Assembly (NCBI GenBank): GCA_040387855.1
Contig: JAZKCY010000001.1
Coordinates: 253,857-317,856, forward strand
Direction of reading: 5' to 3'
DNA from: Patescibacteria group bacterium
GTDB lineage: Bacteria; Patescibacteriota; Minisyncoccia; Phycocordibacterales; JAKAEA01
Length of the DNA stretch: 64,000 bases
In this document: in pieces, positions 46,619 through 54,936 of the stretch
How positions within the stretch are numbered: the stretch's first letter is position 1
How the letters are laid out: the number at the start of each line of letters is the position of its first letter
Position numbers and translations under genes: made by a program
Notes under the pieces: generated by a model
What the model saw: only the letters and a program-made list of their open reading frames with translations
Told to the model about the DNA's origin: nothing
The model's database searches: none

Positions 46619-48889
46619 GTGGTATATTTATACTACATGAATCTCAAATCTCTTGAAATTGCAGGATTTAAATCTTTTGCTAAAAAGGTAACGCTTGAAT
46701 TTAATTGTCCGATTACGGCAATTGTCGGTCCCAATGGATCTGGAAAATCAAATGTTGCTGAAGCATTCAGATTTGTTTTGGGAGAACAATCTATTAAGTC
46801 ACTTCGAGGAAAACGAGGTGAAGATCTTATTTATAATGGTGGCAAGTCTGCGACTCGACAAAACCGAGCATCAGTAAAAGTCACTTTTGATAACAAAGAT
46901 AGAGTTTTAAATATTGATTTTGATGAAGTAACACTTGAACGTGTTGTTCATCGTGATTCTGCAAACGAATATTTTATAAATGGTAGTGGAGTGCGTCTTA
47001 AAGATATTCACGAGCTTTTAGCTGGTGCTCATATTGGAGCATCAGGACACCATATTATTTCTCAAGGAGAAGCTGATAGAATTCTGAATGCTAATTTGAA
47101 AGAACGTCGTGAAATGATCGAAGAAGCGCTCGGTCTCAAGGTGTATCACTTCAAGCGCGAGGAAAGTGAACGAAAGCTGGATAAAACTGTTGAAAACTTA
47201 AAGCAGGTCTATTCATTACGCAAAGAAATTGCACCTCATTTGAGGTTCTTGGAAAAGCAGGTTGAGAAGGTTGAGAAAGCTAGGGAAATGCGAGTACAGC
47301 TAGAAGGAATGTACAAAGACTATTTTAAGCGTGAAAGTTTGTATATTAGAAATGAAACTGCCCGTTTGAGTACCGAAAAACAGGGACCTGAAGCACGAAA
47401 AAAGCAGCTTGAAGAAGAGCTTGCCCGAGCACGTCAGATTCTTTCAGAAGCAGACAATAAAGATATTAAAAGTGATGAATTACTTTCACTTGAATCAAAG
47501 CTCCAGGAGACTCGTAGTGAGCGAGATACGCTTACACGAGAGATTGGTCGAGTTGAAGGTCAGATAGCTTCTGAGGAGCGAATTTTGCGCAAACAGCAGG
47601 AGCTCGCAAGCTCTAATGATACAAAGACTGTTCTCTTGAAAGATGTTGAGTCTGTAGCTCAAACTGCGTACCAACAAATTCAAGATGCTGAAGCCAAAGA
47701 AGATGTAGGAGCACTTAAAGAAATTTTGCGGGGTATTAAATCACTTCTTTCAGAATTTATTTCAAAGAATAGAACTCATACAGATACAAGTGCAATTCAA
47801 GAATCTGAACAAGAAATTAGTAAACTCAAAGAAGAACGAGAAACGTATTCAGGACGACTTTCTGGAATCCGAGATGCTGAAACACAACTAAATACTCAGT
47901 ATGCTGCGCTTCAATTAGAAATAGAGCGGGAGAAAGATACCAACAGAGAGGCTGAAAAAATGGTCTTTAAGATCATGGCTGAACAGAATGAAGTGCATTC
48001 GCATTTACGAAGTATCCAAGCAGAAGAAGATCGAATACAAACTATTGATGCTGATTTTCAACGAGAATTACAGGAAGCAGCTGTGCTTGTGGGACGTGTG
48101 GTATTAGATTTTGAACAACATGAATTGGAAGAATTAGTTCAAAACTATCATGAAGTACGTGATGAGAAGCGAAAAAATATAGAACGAATTAAAATTCGAC
48201 TTGAAGACTCGGGAGCTGCAGGAGGAGAAGATGTTCTCCGAGAATTTCAGGAGACACAGGATCGTGATGCGTTTCTTGCAAAAGAGATAGAAGATCTAGA
48301 GAAATCAGCAGAAACTTTGAGAGTGTTAATTAAAGATCTCGAAGAAAAATTAACTTTAGAGTTTAAGGCAGGAGTAGAAAAAATTAATAAACAGTTTCAA
48401 GAGTTTTTTGCTCTTATGTTTGGTGGCGGAACTGCAAGTCTTCAAGTTATTCGAGAACAAAAGCGTCGTCGGAAATCAGAAACCGAACTCATGTCTGATG
48501 AAAGTGATGAAGAGTTTGTTGAAGAAGAAGGTGAAGAGGGAATTGAGATTAGTGTTAATCTACCGCAGAAACGAGTTAAAGCCCTTATGATGCTTTCAGG
48601 AGGAGAACGAGCGCTTACATCTATTGCGCTTTTGTTTGCAATTTCACAAGTGAATCCACCACCATTTATTATTCTTGATGAAACGGATGCTGCACTTGAT
48701 GAAGCAAACTCACGTAAATATGGAGAAATGATTAGTAATCTTGCCCAGTATTCTCAGCTAATCTTGATTACTCACAATCGAGAAACAATGTCTCGAGCAG
48801 GGATTTTGTATGGAGTAACAATGAGCAGTGAAGGTTCTTCAAAACTTTTATCTATTCAGTTTGATGAAGCAGTCGCAGTAGCAAAGTAA
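46619..48889 (+). CDS. smc: SMC-family chromosome segregation ATPase, shortened (756 aa)
   Basis: Walker A GPNGSGKSN, long coiled-coil, C-terminal LSGGERALTS signature and Walker B ILDETDAALD. Confidence 0.6.
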   Translation: MVYLYYMNLKSLEIAGFKSFAKKVTLEFNCPITAIVGPNGSGKSNVAEAFRFVLGEQSIKSLRGKRGEDLIYNGGKSATRQNRASVKVTFDNKDRVLNIDFDEVTLERVVHRDSANEYFINGSGVRLKDIHELLAGAHIGASGHHIISQGEADRILNANLKERREMIEEALGLKVYHFKREESERKLDKTVENLKQVYSLRKEIAPHLRFLEKQVEKVEKAREMRVQLEGMYKDYFKRESLYIRNETARLSTEKQGPEARKKQLEEELARARQILSEADNKDIKSDELLSLESKLQETRSERDTLTREIGRVEGQIASEERILRKQQELASSNDTKTVLLKDVESVAQTAYQQIQDAEAKEDVGALKEILRGIKSLLSEFISKNRTHTDTSAIQESEQEISKLKEERETYSGRLSGIRDAETQLNTQYAALQLEIEREKDTNREAEKMVFKIMAEQNEVHSHLRSIQAEEDRIQTIDADFQRELQEAAVLVGRVVLDFEQHELEELVQNYHEVRDEKRKNIERIKIRLEDSGAAGGEDVLREFQETQDRDAFLAKEIEDLEKSAETLRVLIKDLEEKLTLEFKAGVEKINKQFQEFFALMFGGGTASLQVIREQKRRRKSETELMSDESDEEFVEEEGEEGIEISVNLPQKRVKALMMLSGGERALTSIALLFAISQVNPPPFIILDETDAALDEANSRKYGEMISNLAQYSQLILITHNRETMSRAGILYGVTMSSEGSSKLLSIQFDEAVAVAK

Positions 48890-48892
48890 TAA

Positions 48893-48915
48893 AAACCCCC
48901 GAATGGGGGTTTTTA
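48893..48915. terminator. bidirectional rho-independent terminator
   Basis: AAAAACCCCCGAATGGGGGTTTTTATTT. Confidence 0.6.
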
Positions 48916-48916
48916 T

Positions 48917-49306
48917 TTAGAGATCAATTTTTCTGTGTTCAATTCGCTTCATATACTTTTCGCGAATTTGCTGGAATTCAACTTCAAGGGCTCGCAATTC
49001 CTCATCATTTAATTCCTCAATATCTAAGAAACTATTTCGAGAACCTTTTGATCCGCGAAGGAGTTCATCAAGCTTGAGCTGAAGGGCTTTTGCATCTCGG
49101 TTCTGAGTGTTTTGCACAAGAAAGAGCATCAAGAATGTGAGTACGGTAGTTCCTGTATTAATTACTAATTGCCATGTATCTGAATAATTATAGTAGGGAC
49201 CTGCAATTGCCCATACAATACATGCAAATACTGAAAGCATAAATGCCCAGGGTGTTCCAATAATATATGCAGTTTTGTGAGCGATTTTTCTGAAAATATT
49301 ATTCAT
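48917..49306 (-). CDS. low-affinity iron permease family small membrane protein
   Basis: SDTWQLVINTGTTVLTFLMLFLVQNTQNRDAKALQLKLDELL closely resembles the Fet4-like bacterial family signature. Confidence 0.45.
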   Translation of the reverse strand: MNNIFRKIAHKTAYIIGTPWAFMLSVFACIVWAIAGPYYNYSDTWQLVINTGTTVLTFLMLFLVQNTQNRDAKALQLKLDELLRGSKGSRNSFLDIEELNDEELRALEVEFQQIREKYMKRIEHRKIDL

Positions 49307-49324
49307 GATGAGCTAAGTATAGCA

Positions 49325-51286
49325 TTAGGCTACAAGTTTGTAATCAAGAGTTTTAGCATCAAGATCAGCATTTACCACGCGGAAGCGTACAGCATCTCCG
49401 AGTCTGAATTTTTTCTTAGTTTTTTCACCAATAACCGTATAGGTCTTTCTATTTAAAGTGAAAAAATCGTTTCCTAACTCTCGAAGTGGAATCATACCTT
49501 CACACTTTGTATTTTCTTCTTCTACATAAAGCCCCCATTCTGTAACGCCAGAAATTTTGCCATTAAATTCTTCACCAATATGAGCACTCATGTATTCTAC
49601 TTGCTTGTATTTAATAGATGCACGTTCAGCTTCTGCTGCTGCAATTTCTTTTTCTGTAGAATGATTAGCAATCTTTTCATATGACTTCCATTCATCCTTA
49701 AGATGCTTTTTATCTTGATTGAGAATGTAGTACAGAATTCGCTGCACTATAAGATCAGGATAACGACGGATAGGGGATGTAAAGTGAGTATAGTAGGTAA
49801 ATGCAAGACCGAAGTGTCCAATATTTTTGGTTGAATAAATAGCTTTTGCCATTGAACGAATAGTAGCAGTCTTTATGAGAGATTCTTCTGGAGTACCTAC
49901 AATAGACTTTAAAAGTTTATTTATATCTTGAGAGTTTACCTTACCTTGCTTTAGTGGAAGTGAATGTCCCATTGCTTGTAAGAATAATGAGAGATCTGCC
50001 ATTCGATCTGGATCGGGAAGATCGTGGATTCGATAAATAGATGCCGTATCTAAATTGCCTTTTTGTTTGTCATAGATAAATTTAGCTACTTCTCGGTTTG
50101 CTAAAAGCATGTATTCTTCTACGAGCTTGTGGGTATCGAGTCTTTGTTTCTTTACTACTTCAATAGGCTTGCCATCTTTATCAAGCTTAAATTTTACTTC
50201 TTCTGTTTCAAAATCAATTGCTCCAGCTTTATATTTTTCAGCTCTAAGCTTATACGCAATTTGATTTAAAGTATTTAATTCTTTGAAATGTAATCCCTGA
50301 GTGTTAAGAGATTCTTGTGCCTCTTCATAACTAAATCGTTTGTCGGAGTTGATAACTGTCTTTCCAAACCATCGCTCATGCACTTTTCCTTCCATGTCCA
50401 TCACAAATACAGCTGAGAATGCACATTTATCTTCATGAGGATTCAAACTACAAAGGTCGTTTGAAAGTACTTCTGGAAGCATAGGAATAGTTCGATCTAC
50501 TAGATAGACAGATGTACCTCGGTTTTTTGCTTCACGATCAAGAGCTGTACCTGGGCGAACATAATGAGATACATCGGCAATGTGTACGCCAATCTCAAAT
50601 TTTCCATCACCTAGATCTTTAATAGAAAGGGCATCATCAAAATCTTTTGCGTCAAATGGATCGATTGTTGTAGTAAATGTCCCTCTGAAATCTTTACGGC
50701 GTGCAATTTCTTCTGGTTTTATAGGCTTTTCTGATTTTTCTAAAGCATGAGCTTCGGCATCAACATCATCTGGAAAGTTGGTATCAATACCTCGATCAAG
50801 AATAATAGATTGCATTTCAGTCTCGTGAGTACCTTTATCTCCAATAACCTGCACAATTTCACCTTGAGGGTTTGTTTGTCCATTTTCCCAACCTGTGATT
50901 TGCGCTAAAACCTTTTGATTTGGTGTAGCACCATTAATTTTATCTGCAGGAATAGCAATATTTACATACATTCGTCGATCATCGGGCACAACCTGATATT
51001 TACCTTCTTGGGTGAGGAGAGTACCCACATATTCATCTTTGTGTCGTTCGATAATTTTTACAACCTGACCTGCTTGTTGAGGAGCTTTGAATTCAGAGTC
51101 AGTGCCTGTGCGGAGCTTTGCACGTTTGGTATCTACATAGGTACCGGTGAGAATGATTTCAACAGTATCACCATTGAGAGCGTGATTGAGAAATTCAGGA
51201 GTAATAACTACTTCTTGTTCCATACCGTCTACTGTCACAAAACCCATACCTTTTCCCGTTGTTTTTATTAGTCCGTGGTGTTTCAT
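49325..51286 (-). CDS. rnr: ribonuclease R (RNB-family 3'-5' exoribonuclease with C-terminal S1 domain)
   Basis: RNB catalytic region (DFDDALS..., HFGLAFTYYTHFTSPIRRYPD) and S1 domain; short N-terminus. Confidence 0.75.
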   Translation of the reverse strand: MKHHGLIKTTGKGMGFVTVDGMEQEVVITPEFLNHALNGDTVEIILTGTYVDTKRAKLRTGTDSEFKAPQQAGQVVKIIERHKDEYVGTLLTQEGKYQVVPDDRRMYVNIAIPADKINGATPNQKVLAQITGWENGQTNPQGEIVQVIGDKGTHETEMQSIILDRGIDTNFPDDVDAEAHALEKSEKPIKPEEIARRKDFRGTFTTTIDPFDAKDFDDALSIKDLGDGKFEIGVHIADVSHYVRPGTALDREAKNRGTSVYLVDRTIPMLPEVLSNDLCSLNPHEDKCAFSAVFVMDMEGKVHERWFGKTVINSDKRFSYEEAQESLNTQGLHFKELNTLNQIAYKLRAEKYKAGAIDFETEEVKFKLDKDGKPIEVVKKQRLDTHKLVEEYMLLANREVAKFIYDKQKGNLDTASIYRIHDLPDPDRMADLSLFLQAMGHSLPLKQGKVNSQDINKLLKSIVGTPEESLIKTATIRSMAKAIYSTKNIGHFGLAFTYYTHFTSPIRRYPDLIVQRILYYILNQDKKHLKDEWKSYEKIANHSTEKEIAAAEAERASIKYKQVEYMSAHIGEEFNGKISGVTEWGLYVEEENTKCEGMIPLRELGNDFFTLNRKTYTVIGEKTKKKFRLGDAVRFRVVNADLDAKTLDYKLVA

Positions 51287-51370
51287 ATATGTATATAGAC
51301 GAACTATACCAATAATTATCAACATTGCAAAATTAAGCAATCTGTGCTGTAATGTGGACTGGAGGTGCTT

Positions 51371-51607
51371 ATGCGATCACGTATCAATAGGATTCTCCAG
51401 AGGTCGCGCGACCCACAGTCGTACCTCTGGCAGATCCGAGATTCCTGGCCGGTTCCAGCTCTACTTAATACGGCCTTGGTGGCACTTGCCTGTGTTGTGC
51501 CAGCAGCTGGGTTCCTCATTCTTGCAGGTCTGGGCGTTGCTGCCAACCTGCTGTACCTATTCTGCCTCTACATGGGGCCGACACAGCCTCCCCTCAAATC
51601 TGAGTAG
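51371..51607 (+). CDS. small two-TM membrane protein in GC-rich micro-island
   Basis: GGAGG SD 5 nt before ATG, hydrophobic core, strong terminator directly after stop. Confidence 0.35.
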   Translation: MRSRINRILQRSRDPQSYLWQIRDSWPVPALLNTALVALACVVPAAGFLILAGLGVAANLLYLFCLYMGPTQPPLKSE

Positions 51608-51621
51608 GGGAAGGCTTTTTT
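51585..51621 (+). terminator. rho-independent terminator
   Basis: GCCTCCCCTCAAATCTGAGTAGGGGAAGGC hairpin plus TTTTTTATTT. Confidence 0.6.
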
Positions 51622-51659
51622 ATTTGACCAATTTATCTAGATCTGCTACTATAGCGCTC

Positions 51660-51989
51660 ATGTTAATGATTCGACTACAACGAGTAGGACGCAAGCACGA
51701 ACCGACATTCCGTGTCGTTTTGACCGACTCTCGAAATAGCACAAAGAGCGGCCGAATGCTTGAGATCCTTGGCTCACATGACCCACGTCATAAAGAGAAG
51801 ACCCAGCTTGATGCTGACCGCATTAAGCACCACCTTTCAAAGGGTGCCCAGCTTTCAGACACGATGCATAATATGCTCGTTTCAAAGAAGATTATCGAAG
51901 GAAAGAAAATCAACGTACTTCCAAAGAAAACAGTAGAAAAGAAAGAAGAACCTGCAGCAGAAGCGCCAGCCGCAACTCCAGCAGCATAA
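51660..51989 (+). CDS. rpsP: 30S ribosomal protein S16
   Basis: MIRLQRVGRKHEPTFRVVLTDSR N-terminus; Lys/Ala/Pro-rich C-terminal tail. Confidence 0.8.
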   Translation: MLMIRLQRVGRKHEPTFRVVLTDSRNSTKSGRMLEILGSHDPRHKEKTQLDADRIKHHLSKGAQLSDTMHNMLVSKKIIEGKKINVLPKKTVEKKEEPAAEAPAATPAA

Positions 51990-52138
51990 ACAAAATCGCC
52001 CTTCGAGAATACTCAGGGCGGTTTTTGTTTGTCCCCATGTTTAGTATTTTATTGATTGACTCTAGATCTACCCCTGCTAAAATTAAATAAAGCAGTAATA
52101 TAACGTCGACCTACTGCAAGAAACGAACAGAATTATTT

Positions 52139-52450
52139 ATGACAGAAAGCGATACACAATTTCTTGAGTACGTAGTAAAAGCTCTTGTTGAGAATCCAAA
52201 TGACGTGAAAATTTCACGAACAGTGGATGAAATGGGAGTACTTATGACCTTGAGTGTAAATCCTCAGGACATGGGTAAGATTATTGGCCGACAGGGTAAC
52301 ACCGCAAAGGCTATCCGAACCCTCCTTCGAGTGGTAGGGATGAAGAACAATGCACGCGTCAACCTTAAGATCAACGAACCAGAGGGTGGGATCAAGAAGG
52401 ATTCAGTAATGAAAACGGTTGATGAAGCAATGGAAGACTTAAAGCTCTAA
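52139..52450 (+). CDS. KH-domain RNA-binding protein (YlqC/UPF0109-like)
   Basis: IIGRQGNTAKAIRTLL KH GxxG core; canonical position after rpsP. Confidence 0.6.
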   Translation: MTESDTQFLEYVVKALVENPNDVKISRTVDEMGVLMTLSVNPQDMGKIIGRQGNTAKAIRTLLRVVGMKNNARVNLKINEPEGGIKKDSVMKTVDEAMEDLKL

Positions 52451-52475
52451 TAACTCATCTATACGATAAAGGGAA

Positions 52476-52510
52476 CCTGTTGTACTATATGTACAACAGG
52501 TTTTCTTTTT
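52476..52510 (+). terminator. rho-independent terminator
   Basis: ACCTGTTGTACTATATGTACAACAGGT hairpin plus T-run. Confidence 0.5.
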
Positions 52511-52525
52511 ATATTCTTATATTCC

Positions 52526-53743
52526 ATGAAATTTTTTATTGATCATAATCCCAATCATCGAAGTAACGTAAGTGTTGGTTTAATCATCGGTTTTATATGC
52601 ATCATTACAATTGCTGTTGTAGCACTTTTATTTGGATTCAATCAGTATGTACAATCGCTTGTTGATAAAGAGATCCCAGCTGCACAACCTCTGGGATCAA
52701 CAAATGTTGCATCATCATCTATTGAAATAAAAAACTTAGGGCAAGTACAAGAACAACTTGCTCTCGTTCAAAATAGCCCATTTCATAAAGTTGAACTCAA
52801 TAATCTATATCAAACTACTTATAATGGCCACACACTTATTGTTGGCGAACAAATCAATTACTATGGAAATGGGGTGGGAGAAACCTATAAACCACCAGTA
52901 ATAATTGCTGATGGTATTTTATATCATGCAAATGATATTGAATCTCAGTTTTATCCTCTCGAAGAAGTAAATTGGAAAACACTACATAAATCAAGAAGTA
53001 TTTCTGGATTTGTACCTTTTGAGAAAGATCTTTCTTTTATAGTAGCAATGCAAAAATCAGATGAAAGTAAATATTCACCAACTGAGGCAGAATATCTACA
53101 AACTCAAAATAATGAAGAGGCAATTTTCTCAAAGAAGTTTTTGAATATCGGTTCAATGACATTAGAATATACAAAGTCCGGAGGATTAACTGCTATGAAT
53201 CTATCTGAAGCAAGTGGGAAGGATGTAAATGCTATAACTACATTTAAGAAAATTCCTAATATGACTATTTATGTAAATCAATCAAATAAAGATACGATTG
53301 ATTATGATACTCAGGCCCGACAGAGTCGTCCAAAACCCGGGTTCGCTTCAGGACAAAATATCTTCTATTCTGAGTATGGATTTAAAGTGAACTACCCAAA
53401 ATTCATTAATGGTACTTCTGTAAAAATGTATTCTGATTCTGACCCAAACACACGAGTTGCTGTTACTAGTACCTTTTTTATTGATGGAGAAAATAAAGGA
53501 TATGGGGTTGAGACAGAAAATTATATGAGAATCTATTGTTCAGATTTTCAGGAAACTCAAATAGGTCCCAAAATAGGTGAACCGTATTTTATTGCAACTT
53601 CAACTCGCAGCAACCTAAAAAACTGGGGTATTTCAAATGACCCATATGCAGATATTGCCTCATTTACCTCAGAGTATGCTCATTGTTCAGTTAGTGCATC
53701 TGGGAAATTTAGGTTGAATATGCTTCTAATAGAGCTAGAATAA
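52526..53743 (+). CDS. 405-aa membrane-anchored hypothetical protein occupying the usual rimM slot
   Basis: N-terminal TM then large hydrophilic domain; no family recognised. Confidence 0.4.
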   Translation: MKFFIDHNPNHRSNVSVGLIIGFICIITIAVVALLFGFNQYVQSLVDKEIPAAQPLGSTNVASSSIEIKNLGQVQEQLALVQNSPFHKVELNNLYQTTYNGHTLIVGEQINYYGNGVGETYKPPVIIADGILYHANDIESQFYPLEEVNWKTLHKSRSISGFVPFEKDLSFIVAMQKSDESKYSPTEAEYLQTQNNEEAIFSKKFLNIGSMTLEYTKSGGLTAMNLSEASGKDVNAITTFKKIPNMTIYVNQSNKDTIDYDTQARQSRPKPGFASGQNIFYSEYGFKVNYPKFINGTSVKMYSDSDPNTRVAVTSTFFIDGENKGYGVETENYMRIYCSDFQETQIGPKIGEPYFIATSTRSNLKNWGISNDPYADIASFTSEYAHCSVSASGKFRLNMLLIELE

Positions 53744-53787
53744 GAGCTTGATTTAAAACAACACTTAATGCATACTATGTCAATAAT

Positions 53788-54471
53788 ATGCATTTTCACG
53801 TTATTACATTATTTCCCAACTCTTTTGACTCATACCTCGGTGAGTCTATTTTAAAGCGGGCAATTGAAGATAAAAAGATTCAAGTTCATCTTTATAATCC
53901 TCGAGATTATGGCGAAAAGAAGAATGGCCTTGAAGCACGCATTGATAGAAAGCCCTATGGCGGAGGGCCTGGTATGGTTATTCAAGCTTTACCTGTTGTA
54001 CTTGCTCTTGAAGATGCTCATAAAAAAATAGAGAAGAGATTTAAAACTAAAAAACTACTGGGTAAAAAGCCAAAAATTAAGATTCTTTTCTTCAGTCCAT
54101 CTGGTACTCAATTTACTACTGAATATGCAAAAGTAGCTGCAAAGAAATATACAGATATAGTTATGATTTCAGGTAGATATGAGGGTATAGATGCGCGGGT
54201 TAAGAAAATTTTTAAATGTGAAGATATTTCTGTAGGACCATTTGTGCTTACAGGAGGGGAACTACCTGCAATGATTATTATGGATTGTGTCGCACGGCAA
54301 ATAGAAGGAGTATTGGGAGATATAAATTCTCTTGAGGAATCACGTGCTGCTTCAGCAGATGTATACACACGTCCTGAGGTCTTTGAATATAAAAAGAAGA
54401 AATATAGTGTGCCAAAGGTTCTCCTTTCGGGTAATCATGGGGAGGTAGAGAAATGGCGAGCACAGCAATAG
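53788..54471 (+). CDS. trmD: tRNA (guanine37-N1)-methyltransferase
   Basis: SPOUT fold motifs incl. RKPYGGGPGMV and SGRYEGIDARV. Confidence 0.8.
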   Translation: MHFHVITLFPNSFDSYLGESILKRAIEDKKIQVHLYNPRDYGEKKNGLEARIDRKPYGGGPGMVIQALPVVLALEDAHKKIEKRFKTKKLLGKKPKIKILFFSPSGTQFTTEYAKVAAKKYTDIVMISGRYEGIDARVKKIFKCEDISVGPFVLTGGELPAMIIMDCVARQIEGVLGDINSLEESRAASADVYTRPEVFEYKKKKYSVPKVLLSGNHGEVEKWRAQQ

Positions 54472-54524
54472 TTGACAGATCCTGCTTTGAGGTGTATAAA
54501 AAAAGAAGGAACCCTGGAGGTAAT

Positions 54525-54674
54525 ATGTCCCAACCCCAATCCAGCGGGATAGACCACAGCGATTATCACAATAAGCCCCTGCGACGCTTCGTCGCATGGA
54601 TCATGCTTAGCCTGATGTTGCTAGGGGCTGTCAGCATGGTCTTCTCACTAGGCCGTGCATACGTTAACCCTTAA
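54525..54674 (+). CDS. 49-aa single-TM small protein in GC-richer patch
   Basis: GGAGG SD 5 nt upstream; hairpin CCCTTAAGC..GCTTAGGGG after stop. Confidence 0.3.
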   Translation: MSQPQSSGIDHSDYHNKPLRRFVAWIMLSLMLLGAVSMVFSLGRAYVNP

Positions 54675-54936
54675 GCTTGCTTAGGGGAATTTTTATACTA
54701 AATATAGTCGTATTTGACAAATCATTAGAATTTGATACAGTATCGATCTACCATTGCAAGATTGTGTTACGGCTGAATGATGGGAAATTATAAGGGAAGT
54801 TTGCCCAGTATCTTGCTACTCAACCTATAAACAAATTCAAAGCGCATAAAACGCCTCACCAGGGCCGTTTTTTGCGTTTATGGGTGTGTGAAAAGGTTAC
54901 TAGTAATAAAGAGGGAATTTATTAATTAGTATATTT

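Noticed and set aside
51186-51989. 267-aa plus-strand ORF spanning the rnr start region and rpsP
   Set aside because: Only the last ~110 codons (from ATG 51660/51666) match ribosomal protein S16. The upstream part overlaps rnr antisense and the GC-rich small-gene island, so it is a read-through artefact of the ORF caller.
54700-54936. Sigma-70 promoter upstream of rpoB (TTGACA near 54712)
   Set aside because: A plausible -35 hexamer is present, but I could not pair it with a convincing -10 at proper spacing; too weak to annotate.
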